Positions 1 to 9,161 are shown, numbered from the stretch's first letter. The stretch: DNA of 64,000 bases from Sulfurimonas sp. (GCF_041563035.1 NZ_JBFFNS010000013.1:9353-73352), one strand, 5' to 3'. Numbers and translations are program-made. Notes: generated by a model not told the origin, from the sequence alone.

Positions 1-49
1 CTTTTAAAATAGTCGGTACGTCTAAAGATCCGTTATAAAGATATAGCAT
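1..49 (-). CDS. moaE: Molybdopterin synthase catalytic subunit, N-terminal fragment (runs off left edge)
   Basis: ATG at 49 lies just downstream of the moaD stop. It reads MLYLYNGSLDVPTILK, like epsilonproteobacterial MoaE N-termini, and moaD-moaE is the standard order. Confidence 0.6.
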   Translation of the reverse strand, partial: MLYLYNGSLDVPTILK

Positions 50-52
50 CTA

Positions 53-274
53 TCAGCCTCCGCAAACCGGAGGGAGTAGTGCTACTTTGTCACCGTCTTT
101 TAAAACAAAATCTCTACTGCTAACAAGCGTATCGTTTACTGCAACTGCTGAGTTTTCTAACCACTCCTGCATCTGCGGATCATCTTGCAGTATTGTTGCT
201 AATTCATTTAAATTTGTAATTTCTAACTCTAAGGGCTCTTTTTGAATAGGGCCTAAAAACTCTACTTTTACCAT
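53..274 (-). CDS. moaD: Molybdopterin synthase sulfur carrier subunit (MoaD/ThiS family)
   Basis: 73 aa ubiquitin-like protein ending DGDKVALLPPVCGG (C-terminal GG); AAGGAG RBS upstream. Confidence 0.85.
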   Translation of the reverse strand: MVKVEFLGPIQKEPLELEITNLNELATILQDDPQMQEWLENSAVAVNDTLVSSRDFVLKDGDKVALLPPVCGG

Positions 275-333
275 AATGCTATCTCCTTAATTTCATTCCA
301 TAAAATGAAGGGAACCTCCATCTCTTTTAACGA

Positions 334-353
334 AAAAGGAACTAGTTCCTTTT
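334..353. repeat. Perfect 20-bp palindrome AAAAGGAACT/AGTTCCTTTT (REP-like) in the moaD/mqnA intergenic region
   Basis: Read directly from the sequence. A second small hairpin GACCG-CTT-CGGTC follows at ~364-376, and a related motif occurs at 12644-12668. Confidence 0.7.
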
Positions 354-471
354 CCTACGCTTGGACCGCTTCGGTCACTAAAGCTTGATGATTTTTATCA
401 ATATTGACGAGATTATATCTAAGATAAGTTAAGTCATGTATAATTTCAATCAATTTATTTTGGAGTTGGAT

Positions 472-1119
472 TTGGTTTTTGGAAAAATTGAGTATTTAAA
501 TTTATTACCTTTTCATGTTTTTATGAAGCGTTTTACCAAGAGTTCTCAGCAGAGCATGAGTATGCATTATAAGCGTGGTGTTCCTGCAAAAATCAATGAA
601 AAGTTCCTATCTCGCAGAGTGGATGCAGCTTTTATCTCAAGTATCAGTGCAAAAAAATATAGGCATGTAAATCTTGGAATCATCGCAAAAAAAGAAGTTC
701 TTAGTGTTCTTGTAGTTCCCGATGTAAAAAATGAAGCTGATATAGAATCAGCAAGCTCCAATGTACTAGCTCAAATCTTAGATATCAAAGGTAAAGTTCT
801 CATTGGTGACAAAGCTCTAAAGCACTATCTTCAAGGTAAGCCTAATATAGATTTAGCTGCTCAGTGGAACAAAAAATACAACCTACCATTTGTTTTCGCT
901 CTACTTTGTTACCATAAAGATCAAGAAATGTACAAAAACATAGAGAAACTGTTTTCAAAACAAAGAGTTAAAATACCACAATATCTTCTCAATTCAGCAT
1001 CAATTAGAACAGAAATATCAAAAAAAGATATACTCTACTATCTATCGCATATATCGTACGATTTAGACCATAAGGCGAAGAAAGGTCTCTCACTTTTCTA
1101 TAAAAGTGTCAAAAACTGA
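472..1119 (+). CDS. mqnA: MqnA/MqnD/SBP family protein, probable chorismate dehydratase (futalosine menaquinone pathway)
   Basis: FGKIEYLNLLPF, VDAAFISSI, VLSVLV, VLIGDKAL and LPFVFA motifs. The TTG start at 472 with GGAG upstream and TATAAT at 438-443 is preferred over the ORF-track start at 436. Confidence 0.75.
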   Translation: MVFGKIEYLNLLPFHVFMKRFTKSSQQSMSMHYKRGVPAKINEKFLSRRVDAAFISSISAKKYRHVNLGIIAKKEVLSVLVVPDVKNEADIESASSNVLAQILDIKGKVLIGDKALKHYLQGKPNIDLAAQWNKKYNLPFVFALLCYHKDQEMYKNIEKLFSKQRVKIPQYLLNSASIRTEISKKDILYYLSHISYDLDHKAKKGLSLFYKSVKN

Positions 1120-1142
1120 CAATTTTATGTTAAAATGTCCCA

Positions 1143-2066
1143 ATGATGAAGACATTTTTATTACTTATTATTACTCTTACACTTTTTGCAAATGAACCGA
1201 TATCACCGATTCCTACTGAAGTAAAATTCAATCTTGAAAAAGCAAAACTTGGCAAAAAATTATTTTTTGATACTATTTTATCTAAAGATAACTCAACAGC
1301 ATGTGTTAGTTGCCACAACGTTTTTGATGGCGGGGCAGATTCAAATGTTGTCTCGAGCGGTTATGCAAACAAAAAAGGTAATATCCAATCACCCACAGTT
1401 TTAAACTCTAGATATAACTTTAAACAGTTTTGGAATGGACGAGCAAGAAACCTGACACAACAAGCTGATGGTCCTATAAATAATCCAGCCGAACATAATA
1501 TGGATGCTAAAACTGTTGAGAATAGAATAAATGATTCTATTGAGTATAAAAGACTATTTAAATCAGTATATGGTACTTCATATATTTCTTACACTCAAGT
1601 TCTTGAAGCTATAGTAGAGTTTGAGAATGCTCTAACTACGCCAAACTCAAAATTTGATAGATTTTTAAGAGATGAGATTCAACTTACAAAAGATGAAAAA
1701 GAGGGCTACATACTTTTTAAGCAAAACGGATGTATTACCTGCCATAACGGTATTAATATCGGTGGCAATTCATTTCAGAAAATGGGAACATTCTTAGAGT
1801 ATGAACTAAAGAGTGATTATCCAGACAGAAGCAAGATTACAAACAATCCAAATCATAAGAATGTATTTAAAGTTCCTACGCTTAGAAATATTAATAAAAC
1901 AGCCCCTTACTTTCATGATGGAAGTGCTAAAACACTCAAAGAAGCCTTAACTATTATGGCTAAACATAATTTAGGAATTAAGCTTGAAGATAAGGAAGTT
2001 GAAAAGATTATAGCTTTTTTGAAAACACTTGATGGTGAGAAACCTAAAATACTGGAAGAAAAATGA
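1143..2066 (+). CDS. Di-heme cytochrome c peroxidase family protein (CcpA/MauG)
   Basis: Signal peptide, two CxxCH motifs (CVSCH, CITCH), QFWNGRA, FKVPTLRN and APYFHDGS. Confidence 0.88.
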   Translation: MMKTFLLLIITLTLFANEPISPIPTEVKFNLEKAKLGKKLFFDTILSKDNSTACVSCHNVFDGGADSNVVSSGYANKKGNIQSPTVLNSRYNFKQFWNGRARNLTQQADGPINNPAEHNMDAKTVENRINDSIEYKRLFKSVYGTSYISYTQVLEAIVEFENALTTPNSKFDRFLRDEIQLTKDEKEGYILFKQNGCITCHNGINIGGNSFQKMGTFLEYELKSDYPDRSKITNNPNHKNVFKVPTLRNINKTAPYFHDGSAKTLKEALTIMAKHNLGIKLEDKEVEKIIAFLKTLDGEKPKILEEK

Positions 2067-4150
2067 AACTAAAACAACTTATGTTCATAGTACTGGGTCT
2101 TGGAATAATATCATCTATTGCCATCGTATACTTCTATATAATCCAAAAAGATTTCACTAAACAACACAGAGAGTTTCTTTTATCTGTAAATGCATTGGAA
2201 AATGCCAACATAGACCTTGAACACCAAATACTTCAAAACTCAATCTACGCTTACCACAACCAAGACGAGATATCAGCTACTATAAATAGAGTTGAGAAAA
2301 CCTATAGAGATATACAAGAGTCTGAAATATTAAATGATAGTACATATGCACAGACTAAGGAAAGTATACTATCACTGCAAAAGGATATAAGCCTTAATCT
2401 ACAAAATATAGAAGAGTATATCATGCTAAACGCTGGTATAAAAAACTCTTTGGTATTTTTAAGCAGACGTATAGATGAAGCAACTTTTTTACAAAACAAA
2501 GATAGAGATCTTTTCATACATGCTACAAAGATTTTAAAACACTTCAACGATGCAAAAAGAATGCAGGATCTTGATTACATAAATCATAATAATTTTTTAA
2601 TAAAATCTAAATCCACTGATATCAAGACTCAAAGCTTTATTGATAACTTCAACCTTCATTCTAAGTACCTGATAAACAGATATCCAATCTTTATGCAGAC
2701 TACAAAGACTGTTCTAAACAACGATATTCACAGCTATCTGGAGAAGTTGAAAATAGATTTCTCAAAAGTTGCACTGAGTGATTTTAAAGCACTTGATATG
2801 TTTGCATTTATACTCTTTAGTGTGTTTATCTCATCTTTGTTTCTCATAATTGTGCTGTTTGTAAAATATCTAAAAGAAAACAAAAAACTGCAAGATATAA
2901 CAGCTTCGCTAGAACACTCACTCTCATATGATCACTTAACAGACCTGCATAACAGAAGAGCTTTTGAGATTCAGCTGCAAAAGATCAGAGAACCTCACCT
3001 TCTTATTATAAATATTGACGGATTTAAATATATAAATGATATCTACGGAAACGATGTAGGAAATGTAATACTTCAAGAATTAGCGCAAATCTTAAAAGAT
3101 GAGTTTTCTAATCGTCCAAATACTTGCATCTACCGTCTCGGCGGTGATGAGTTTGGAATACTATTTAATAAAATCTCAAGCGAAAACGCGTTAGAAATAG
3201 CAAAAAAACTTGAGAAAAAAATATCTAATTATGACTTTATAGTTTATGACTTGACTCTTCATCTACTTGTTAGTATTGCGAGTAACTCTACAGTCCCTAT
3301 TTTAGAAAATACCGACTTAGCACTAAAACTACTTAAAAAAGATCACACACAAAGAATTTTAGAGTATAACGACAACCTAAATATCAAAACAGATGTAAAA
3401 GAAAATATGAATACAATCGAGCAGATAAAAACTGCTGTTAAAAACGATAAAATAGTTCCATTTTTTCAACCTATTATAAATCTAAAGACATCTAAGATAG
3501 AAAAATATGAAGCTCTTGTTAGACTAAGACTTGAAGATGGAACATTTCTACCACCATATAAATTTTTAAATATTTCTAAAAAGAGTTCTTATTACCACTT
3601 CATCACTAAGACTATGATAGAAAAAACTCTTAAAATGGCTAAAGAGTTCCCTCAATATAGATTTTCTATAAATATTTCTATGATAGATATACTAGATGCT
3701 AAACTGACTCATATGTTATTTGAGACTTTAAATGCTAATCCTGATGTAGCGAATAGATTGGATATTGAACTACTGGAATCAGAGAATTTGCAGAACTTGC
3801 AGGTCGTTCAAGACTTCATTACTAAACTTCATGTTTTTGGTTCAAAAATCCTTATAGATGATTTTGGAACAGGCTACTCTAACTTCTCATACTTCTCTAA
3901 CCTAGATATTGATCTAGTAAAGATTGACGGATCAATTGTTAGTGAGATAGAGACAGATGATAAAAAGCTTCATATGTTAACTAGTATACATAAGTTCTCA
4001 AATGGAATGAATATGAAAAATGTTGCTGAGTTTGTTGAGACGAGAGAGGTAGCACTTCTACTTCAAGAGATCGGTGTAGAGTATGCACAGGGATACTACT
4101 TCAGTCAACCGCTAGAGAGACCTTTAGAGGATGACAGAGTAATAATTTAA
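2063..4150 (+). CDS. Membrane-anchored GGDEF-EAL protein with periplasmic all-helical (DAHL-like) sensor domain
   Basis: Two TM helices flank a ~220 aa helical region; RLGGDEF, KYEALVRL and IDDFGTGYS motifs; ATGA overlap with the peroxidase gene. Confidence 0.85.
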   Translation: MKLKQLMFIVLGLGIISSIAIVYFYIIQKDFTKQHREFLLSVNALENANIDLEHQILQNSIYAYHNQDEISATINRVEKTYRDIQESEILNDSTYAQTKESILSLQKDISLNLQNIEEYIMLNAGIKNSLVFLSRRIDEATFLQNKDRDLFIHATKILKHFNDAKRMQDLDYINHNNFLIKSKSTDIKTQSFIDNFNLHSKYLINRYPIFMQTTKTVLNNDIHSYLEKLKIDFSKVALSDFKALDMFAFILFSVFISSLFLIIVLFVKYLKENKKLQDITASLEHSLSYDHLTDLHNRRAFEIQLQKIREPHLLIINIDGFKYINDIYGNDVGNVILQELAQILKDEFSNRPNTCIYRLGGDEFGILFNKISSENALEIAKKLEKKISNYDFIVYDLTLHLLVSIASNSTVPILENTDLALKLLKKDHTQRILEYNDNLNIKTDVKENMNTIEQIKTAVKNDKIVPFFQPIINLKTSKIEKYEALVRLRLEDGTFLPPYKFLNISKKSSYYHFITKTMIEKTLKMAKEFPQYRFSINISMIDILDAKLTHMLFETLNANPDVANRLDIELLESENLQNLQVVQDFITKLHVFGSKILIDDFGTGYSNFSYFSNLDIDLVKIDGSIVSEIETDDKKLHMLTSIHKFSNGMNMKNVAEFVETREVALLLQEIGVEYAQGYYFSQPLERPLEDDRVII

Positions 4151-4151
4151 A

Positions 4152-5417
4152 CTATTTTAATATCTTAGCCAACTCTTTTCTGTATGTTTTGATATTAAAG
4201 TCTTTCATATCAGATGCACCACTATCTACTGCAGCCTGAGCTACAGCACTAGAGATTTCTACAATTAGTCTTTTATCAAACGGCTTTGGAATAAGATAGT
4301 CTTTACCAAACTTGATCTCTTTAGCATATAGCTCACAAATATCTTTTGGTACTTCTGTACGAGCTAGATCAGCAAGTGCATGAGCAGCGGCTAGTTTCAT
4401 CTCATCGTTTATCTTTTTTGCTCGAACGTCCATCGCACCTCTAAATATAAATGGAAAACCTAGAACATTGTTTACTTGATTATCAAAGTCACTTCTACCA
4501 GTTGCTACAACAGCATCCGGTCTAGCTTTCATAACATCCTCTGGAAAAACTTCAGGTGTCGGATTTGCCAGAGTAAATACAATAGGCTCATTTGCCATAG
4601 TCATAATATCTTCTATTGTAAATGTACCAGGTTTTGAGAGCCCTACAACAACATCAGCACAGTCAAAAACTTCTGAGTGGGTCATATATCCTCCCGCACA
4701 GAATTCTCTCTTATATGCATTTAAATCACTTCTACCATTGTGAACAACACCTTTAGAATCAAGCATATAAATCTCTCTGGCACCAAGCTTTTTATATAAT
4801 CTTGCACAAGATATTGCAGCAGCACCTGCTCCAACAACTACAATTTTAAGGTCTTCAATCTTTCTATGCGTAACTTCACAGGCGTTTATGATCCCCGCAG
4901 CAGATATTACTGCTGTTCCGTGCTGATCGTCATGCATTACTGGTATATCTAACTCTTCTACAAGTCTTCTTTCTATCTCAAAACATTCTGGTGCTTTTAT
5001 ATCTTCTAAATTAATTCCACCAAAAGTTGGAGCTATTGCTGTCACGACAGAACAAAATCTGTCTACACTCTCGGTATCTACTTCTATGTCAAAACAATCA
5101 AGCCCGGAGAAGCTTTTAAACAATACGCCCTTTCCTTCCATAACCGGCTTAGATGCCAATGCACCTATATTACCAAGTCCCAAAACTGCTGTTCCGTTTG
5201 AGATAACGGCAACAAGATTCTTCTTTGAAGTATATCTGTATGCATCTTCAGGATTTTCTTCAATTGCCAAACATGGAACAGCAACACCGGGAGTGTATGC
5301 TAATGATAAGTCTTTTTGAGTTGCCACAGGTTTTGTAGTCTCAACTGATATTTTTCCTGGACTTGGAAATTCATGATAATCAAGAGCTTCTTGATCTGTA
5401 GTAGATGTTTTAGACAT
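4152..5417 (-). CDS. NAD(P)-dependent malic enzyme (no PTA domain)
   Basis: SLAYTPGVA, SNGTAVLGLG, PVMEGK, INLEDI, HDDQHGTA, GAGAAA and QVNNVLGFP motifs. Confidence 0.92.
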   Translation of the reverse strand: MSKTSTTDQEALDYHEFPSPGKISVETTKPVATQKDLSLAYTPGVAVPCLAIEENPEDAYRYTSKKNLVAVISNGTAVLGLGNIGALASKPVMEGKGVLFKSFSGLDCFDIEVDTESVDRFCSVVTAIAPTFGGINLEDIKAPECFEIERRLVEELDIPVMHDDQHGTAVISAAGIINACEVTHRKIEDLKIVVVGAGAAAISCARLYKKLGAREIYMLDSKGVVHNGRSDLNAYKREFCAGGYMTHSEVFDCADVVVGLSKPGTFTIEDIMTMANEPIVFTLANPTPEVFPEDVMKARPDAVVATGRSDFDNQVNNVLGFPFIFRGAMDVRAKKINDEMKLAAAHALADLARTEVPKDICELYAKEIKFGKDYLIPKPFDKRLIVEISSAVAQAAVDSGASDMKDFNIKTYRKELAKILK

Positions 5418-5606
5418 AAGACAAAATCCTCAATTTTATTTTTGAAATTATATCTTAATATAAATTTATATATACTTTTTCATAAGTTATTCTAATCTAT
5501 ATACAACTATTTCTGTTTTAATTATGACTTAATAAAAGTGAAATAGTAATCACAAAACTGAGACATTTATGTTTACAAAAGATTACAAGAACTTTTAACT
5601 GACAAT

Positions 5607-8060
5607 TTGATAAAATATGATTATAAAAAATTATACTTGAAAGGTAACTGTGTGAATTTCAATATCGATAACAACCTGATACTTAATACATTAGAACAAA
5701 ACATCTTTGTTAAAGATATTAATTCAACTTACCTTTTTGTAAATACTACTTATGCCAAACTAGTTGGAGAAGATGCAAATTCTATCATAGGGAAAAATGA
5801 TTTAGATTTTTTTCCAAAAGAGATTGCTGATAAATATCGTGATGATGATTCTCTGGTCATACAAAATGAACAAGTTATTGATACAATTGAACCTATCCTA
5901 ATAGATGGTGAATACAGAACCATAAGAACTGTAAAGAAACCTCTTTACTCCAACGGTGATGTCATAGCTGTACTTGGAATATTCTGGGATATTACAGATT
6001 TTAATGAAGAAAAAGAGAACTTAAAAAAACTAGAATATGGTCTAAACAAAGCACAAGAACTTGCTAATATTGGTCACTGGGAACTAAACCTGGCTACAAA
6101 TGATCTTTTTTGGTCGGATGAAGTCTATCGTATTTTTGGACTTCAACCTCAAGAGTTTGGTGCTACATACGAGGCATTTTTAGAATATATTCACCCGGAC
6201 GATGTTGATCTTGTTAACAGAAGTTATACAGATTCAGTAGCAGGTAAACGTGGCTATCATGTTACACATCGTATAGTTCGCAAGAATGGTGAGATTGGTT
6301 TTGTAGAAGAGAGATGCGAACATGAGTTTGACATAGAAGGAAATGTTACTAGATCAATTGGGACTGTTCATGATATCACAAAGCAGAAAATAGCTCAAAA
6401 CGAGCTAATGTTGGCATCTGAAGTTTTTTCTAAAATGAGTGATGGTGTTGTAATCACAGACGCTAATCAAAAAATTATCAAAGTAAACGAAGCATTTACT
6501 AAAATAACAGGCTACACAACTGAAGAACTTGAAGGAAACACACCAAAAGCTTTTAGTTCAGGTTGGCATGACGAAGCATTCTATCAAAAAATGTGGGATG
6601 ATATTAATCATCACGGACAATGGAATGGTGAAATAATCGACCGTAAAAAAAATTCTGAAAGATATACGGCAGAGATGCACATTATAGCTTTACATAATGA
6701 TGAAGGTACTTTAACAAACTATATCTCGATAACAAATGATATCAGCAAGAAAAAAGAGCAAGAAAAACTCATTCATAATCTTGCATATTTTGATGCACTT
6801 ACAGAACTTCCAAATAGAGTGCTTTTTGAAGAGCGTGTAGTCAGTAGGATGCCATTTACAAAACGTAATGATAAAAAAATGGCTCTTATCTTTATTGATA
6901 TGGATAATTTCAAGAATGTAAATGATACACTTGGTCACTTTATGGGTGATATCTTTTTAATAGAAGTTGCTAATACCATTAAAGAAACTCTCAGAGAGCA
7001 GGATACTCTTGCACGTTTAGGTGGAGACGAGTTTACAATATTAGTAGAAGATATAAATTCTATTATGGATGTTATTCCAATTGCTGAGAAAATCATTGCC
7101 TCATTTAAAAAACCTATAATGATAGAAGAAAAAGAAATATATACCGGTGTCAGCATCGGTGTAAGCATCTATCCGGATGACGGTGAAAGCTATGATGAGT
7201 TAGTTAAAGCTGCCGATACAGCTATGTACCAAGTAAAAGCAAGTGGAAAAAACAACTTTCAGTTTTATACACAGACTATGAATGAGAAAATCACAGAACG
7301 TCTATTTTTAGAAGATGGTTTACGTAATGCCGTTAGTAATAATGAAATATTCATAGTCTATCAGCCAAAAGTAAATCTAGAAACAAAAAAAGTTTATGGG
7401 ATGGAAGCACTAGCACGCTGGAAGCACCCAGAACTTGGACTCGTGCGACCGGATAAGTTTATTGCCATATCAGAAGAGACGGGACAAATATACAACTTAG
7501 GACTCTGGATTGCTAAACAGGCTCTTATTGATACAAAAGCATTGCATGAGGTAGGTCACAGACTAACAGTATCTATAAATGTATCTTCTAAACAGTTAGA
7601 AAAAGAAAGTTTTATTGATGACATATGCTCACTTGTTAATGAAATAGGCATCGACAAAAGTTATGTTGAACTTGAGATTACAGAATCTCACATTATGAGT
7701 AATATAGACAAAGCTCTAATTATTTTAAAAGAATTATCTTCTAAAGGCTTCAAACTATCTATTGATGATTTTGGAACTGGTTACTCATCACTTAGCTATC
7801 TCAAAAAACTACCTGCTCAAACGATTAAAATAGATCGCAGTTTTGTACTTGATATTGACAAAGATGAAGATGACAGATCTATTGTAGCAACTATTATCGC
7901 AATGGCTAGTGCATTAGGCAAAGATGTTATAGCTGAAGGTTCTGAGACACAAGAGCATATAGATACTTTAAAATACTTACACTGCAACAAGGTACAAGGA
8001 TACTTTTTTTCAAAACCGATAGAAATAGGTGAGTTTAGGGAATTTGTTGATAATTTTTAA
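5607..8060 (+). CDS. Multi-PAS/PAC GGDEF-EAL diguanylate cyclase/phosphodiesterase
   Basis: Three PAS-like domains, RLGGDEF, GMEALARW and IDDFGTGYSSL. The true start may be the GTG a few codons downstream. Confidence 0.9.
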   Translation: MIKYDYKKLYLKGNCVNFNIDNNLILNTLEQNIFVKDINSTYLFVNTTYAKLVGEDANSIIGKNDLDFFPKEIADKYRDDDSLVIQNEQVIDTIEPILIDGEYRTIRTVKKPLYSNGDVIAVLGIFWDITDFNEEKENLKKLEYGLNKAQELANIGHWELNLATNDLFWSDEVYRIFGLQPQEFGATYEAFLEYIHPDDVDLVNRSYTDSVAGKRGYHVTHRIVRKNGEIGFVEERCEHEFDIEGNVTRSIGTVHDITKQKIAQNELMLASEVFSKMSDGVVITDANQKIIKVNEAFTKITGYTTEELEGNTPKAFSSGWHDEAFYQKMWDDINHHGQWNGEIIDRKKNSERYTAEMHIIALHNDEGTLTNYISITNDISKKKEQEKLIHNLAYFDALTELPNRVLFEERVVSRMPFTKRNDKKMALIFIDMDNFKNVNDTLGHFMGDIFLIEVANTIKETLREQDTLARLGGDEFTILVEDINSIMDVIPIAEKIIASFKKPIMIEEKEIYTGVSIGVSIYPDDGESYDELVKAADTAMYQVKASGKNNFQFYTQTMNEKITERLFLEDGLRNAVSNNEIFIVYQPKVNLETKKVYGMEALARWKHPELGLVRPDKFIAISEETGQIYNLGLWIAKQALIDTKALHEVGHRLTVSINVSSKQLEKESFIDDICSLVNEIGIDKSYVELEITESHIMSNIDKALIILKELSSKGFKLSIDDFGTGYSSLSYLKKLPAQTIKIDRSFVLDIDKDEDDRSIVATIIAMASALGKDVIAEGSETQEHIDTLKYLHCNKVQGYFFSKPIEIGEFREFVDNF

Positions 8061-8123
8061 GAGTGGGAAGTTACGACGCCAAACAAAAGCGCCGTAATCT
8101 TTAAATACTTATACTATTTTTTT

Positions 8124-8258
8124 TTAAAAAACCATGTCTAAATGTGGTGACGTAGACGGAATATTAACTCCGGCATCTTCATAAGCTGCCATATGATGAG
8201 CAAATGCACTTGAAGCTAAAGCTCCGACTAATAATGCTAACGTAATAAACTTTTTCAT
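8124..8258 (-). CDS. Small secreted protein, 44 aa: MKKFITLALLVGALASSAFA-HHMAAYEDAGVNIPSTSPHLDMVF
   Basis: Translated by hand (below the ORF-track cutoff). AAGGA RBS, classical signal peptide ending AFA, extended -10 TGTTAAAAT upstream and a hairpin downstream. Confidence 0.75.
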   Translation of the reverse strand: MKKFITLALLVGALASSAFAHHMAAYEDAGVNIPSTSPHLDMVF

Positions 8259-8400
8259 ATTTATTCCTTTGTTTTGAGATAGCGTATTTTAACATCGTAG
8301 TGTTAGTTGAGTGTAAGTAGTCTAGTAAACAGTTTAAAGGATGCTAATTAAAGTTTGAAGTATTTATTTTATGGGATTGTAAAAGAGTTGAATAAGTTGA

Positions 8401-8485
8401 TGGTGCGGATGAGAGGACTTGAACCTCCACGCCTTGCGGCACCAGATCCTAAGTCTGGCGTGTATACCAATTTCACCACATCCGC
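8401..8485 (-). tRNA. tRNA-Leu(UAG), copy 2
   Basis: GCGGATG...CATCCGC acceptor stem, CCAGA-CT-TAG-GA-TCTGG anticodon arm, long variable arm, GTTCAAG T-loop, encoded CCA. Confidence 0.97.
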
Positions 8486-8507
8486 ATGTGATTGTTAAAA
8501 AAAATAC

Positions 8508-8645
8508 TAATGTTATGAATTCTGCTTTATAAATGGTGCGGATGAGAGGACTTGAACCTCCACGCCTTGCGGCACCAGATCCTAAGTCTGGCGTGTATAC
8601 CAATTTCACCACATCCGCGTAAATAAAGCAGAATTCATAACATTA
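8508..8645. repeat. Perfect 23-bp inverted repeat (8508-8530 / 8623-8645) enclosing tRNA-Leu copy 1
   Basis: TAATGTTATGAATTCTGCTTTAT is the exact reverse complement of ATAAAGCAGAATTCATAACATTA. Confidence 0.9.
8534..8618 (-). tRNA. tRNA-Leu(UAG), copy 1 (identical to 8401-8485)
   Basis: Same sequence as the copy at 8401-8485. Confidence 0.97.
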
Positions 8646-8650
8646 ATAAA

Positions 8651-8727
<77 letters not shown>

Positions 8728-8807
8728 AAATTGCACTTGTTTTTAGATTTTTTGGTTTCGTAAAAACCATAGCTTCAGTGCCCAAGCGGCTAGCATATGT
8801 AAAAAGG

Positions 8808-8884
8808 TGGTACGCCCGATAGGATTCGAACCTATAACCCTCGGAGCCGAAATCCGAAACTCTATCCAGTTGAGCCACGAACGC
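8808..8884 (-). tRNA. tRNA-Arg(UCG)
   Basis: TCGGA-TT-TCG-GC-TCCGA anticodon arm, GTTCGAA T-loop, CCA end. Confidence 0.95.
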
Positions 8885-8939
8885 TTCCAATTAATTTTAT
8901 TAGTTATTTTAAAAAGTTTTTATATTTATGATTATTGAA

Positions 8940-9017
8940 TGGGGTGAGATACGGGATTCGAACCCGCGACCCCCGGCACCACAAACCAGTGCTCTAACCA
9001 ACTGAGCTAATCTCACC
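8940..9017 (-). tRNA. tRNA-His(GUG)
   Basis: G-1 followed by GTGAGAT/ATCTCAC-C acceptor stem, GTG anticodon, CCA end. Confidence 0.96.
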
Positions 9018-9041
9018 ATACGAAAGTTATAAATATAAAAG

Positions 9042-9119
9042 TGGTCGGGGTGAAAGGACTCGAACCTTCGGCCCCCTGGTCCCAAACCAGGTACTCTAAC
9101 CATACTGAGCTACACCCCG
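9042..9119 (-). tRNA. tRNA-Pro(UGG)
   Basis: CGGGGTG/CACCCCG acceptor stem, CCTGG-TT-TGG-GA-CCAGG anticodon arm, CCA end. Confidence 0.96.
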
Positions 9120-9161
9120 ACCTGTACAAAAACCTAGCTTTACGCTGATTAATGAGGCGAA

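Noticed and set aside
275-410. Possible Moco riboswitch upstream of moaD
   Set aside because: Hairpins are present but I cannot match the Moco RNA multi-stem consensus; the palindrome is better explained as a dispersed repeat.
436-471. ORF-track N-terminal extensions (mqnA 436, kdsD 16087, rpmI 23860, fliS 36221, HAD 34877, dehydratase 38800, 10526)
   Set aside because: They overlap promoters or upstream genes; downstream starts have better RBS and family-typical N-termini.
4152-5417. Malic enzyme lacking the phosphotransacetylase domain as a possible pseudogene
   Set aside because: It is an intact 421-aa ORF with all catalytic motifs; stand-alone malic enzymes are common.
8401-8645. Repeat-spacer-repeat pattern as a possible CRISPR array or prophage att site
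   Set aside because: The repeats are full tRNA genes, and no cas gene, integrase or partial tRNA 3' duplication is present.
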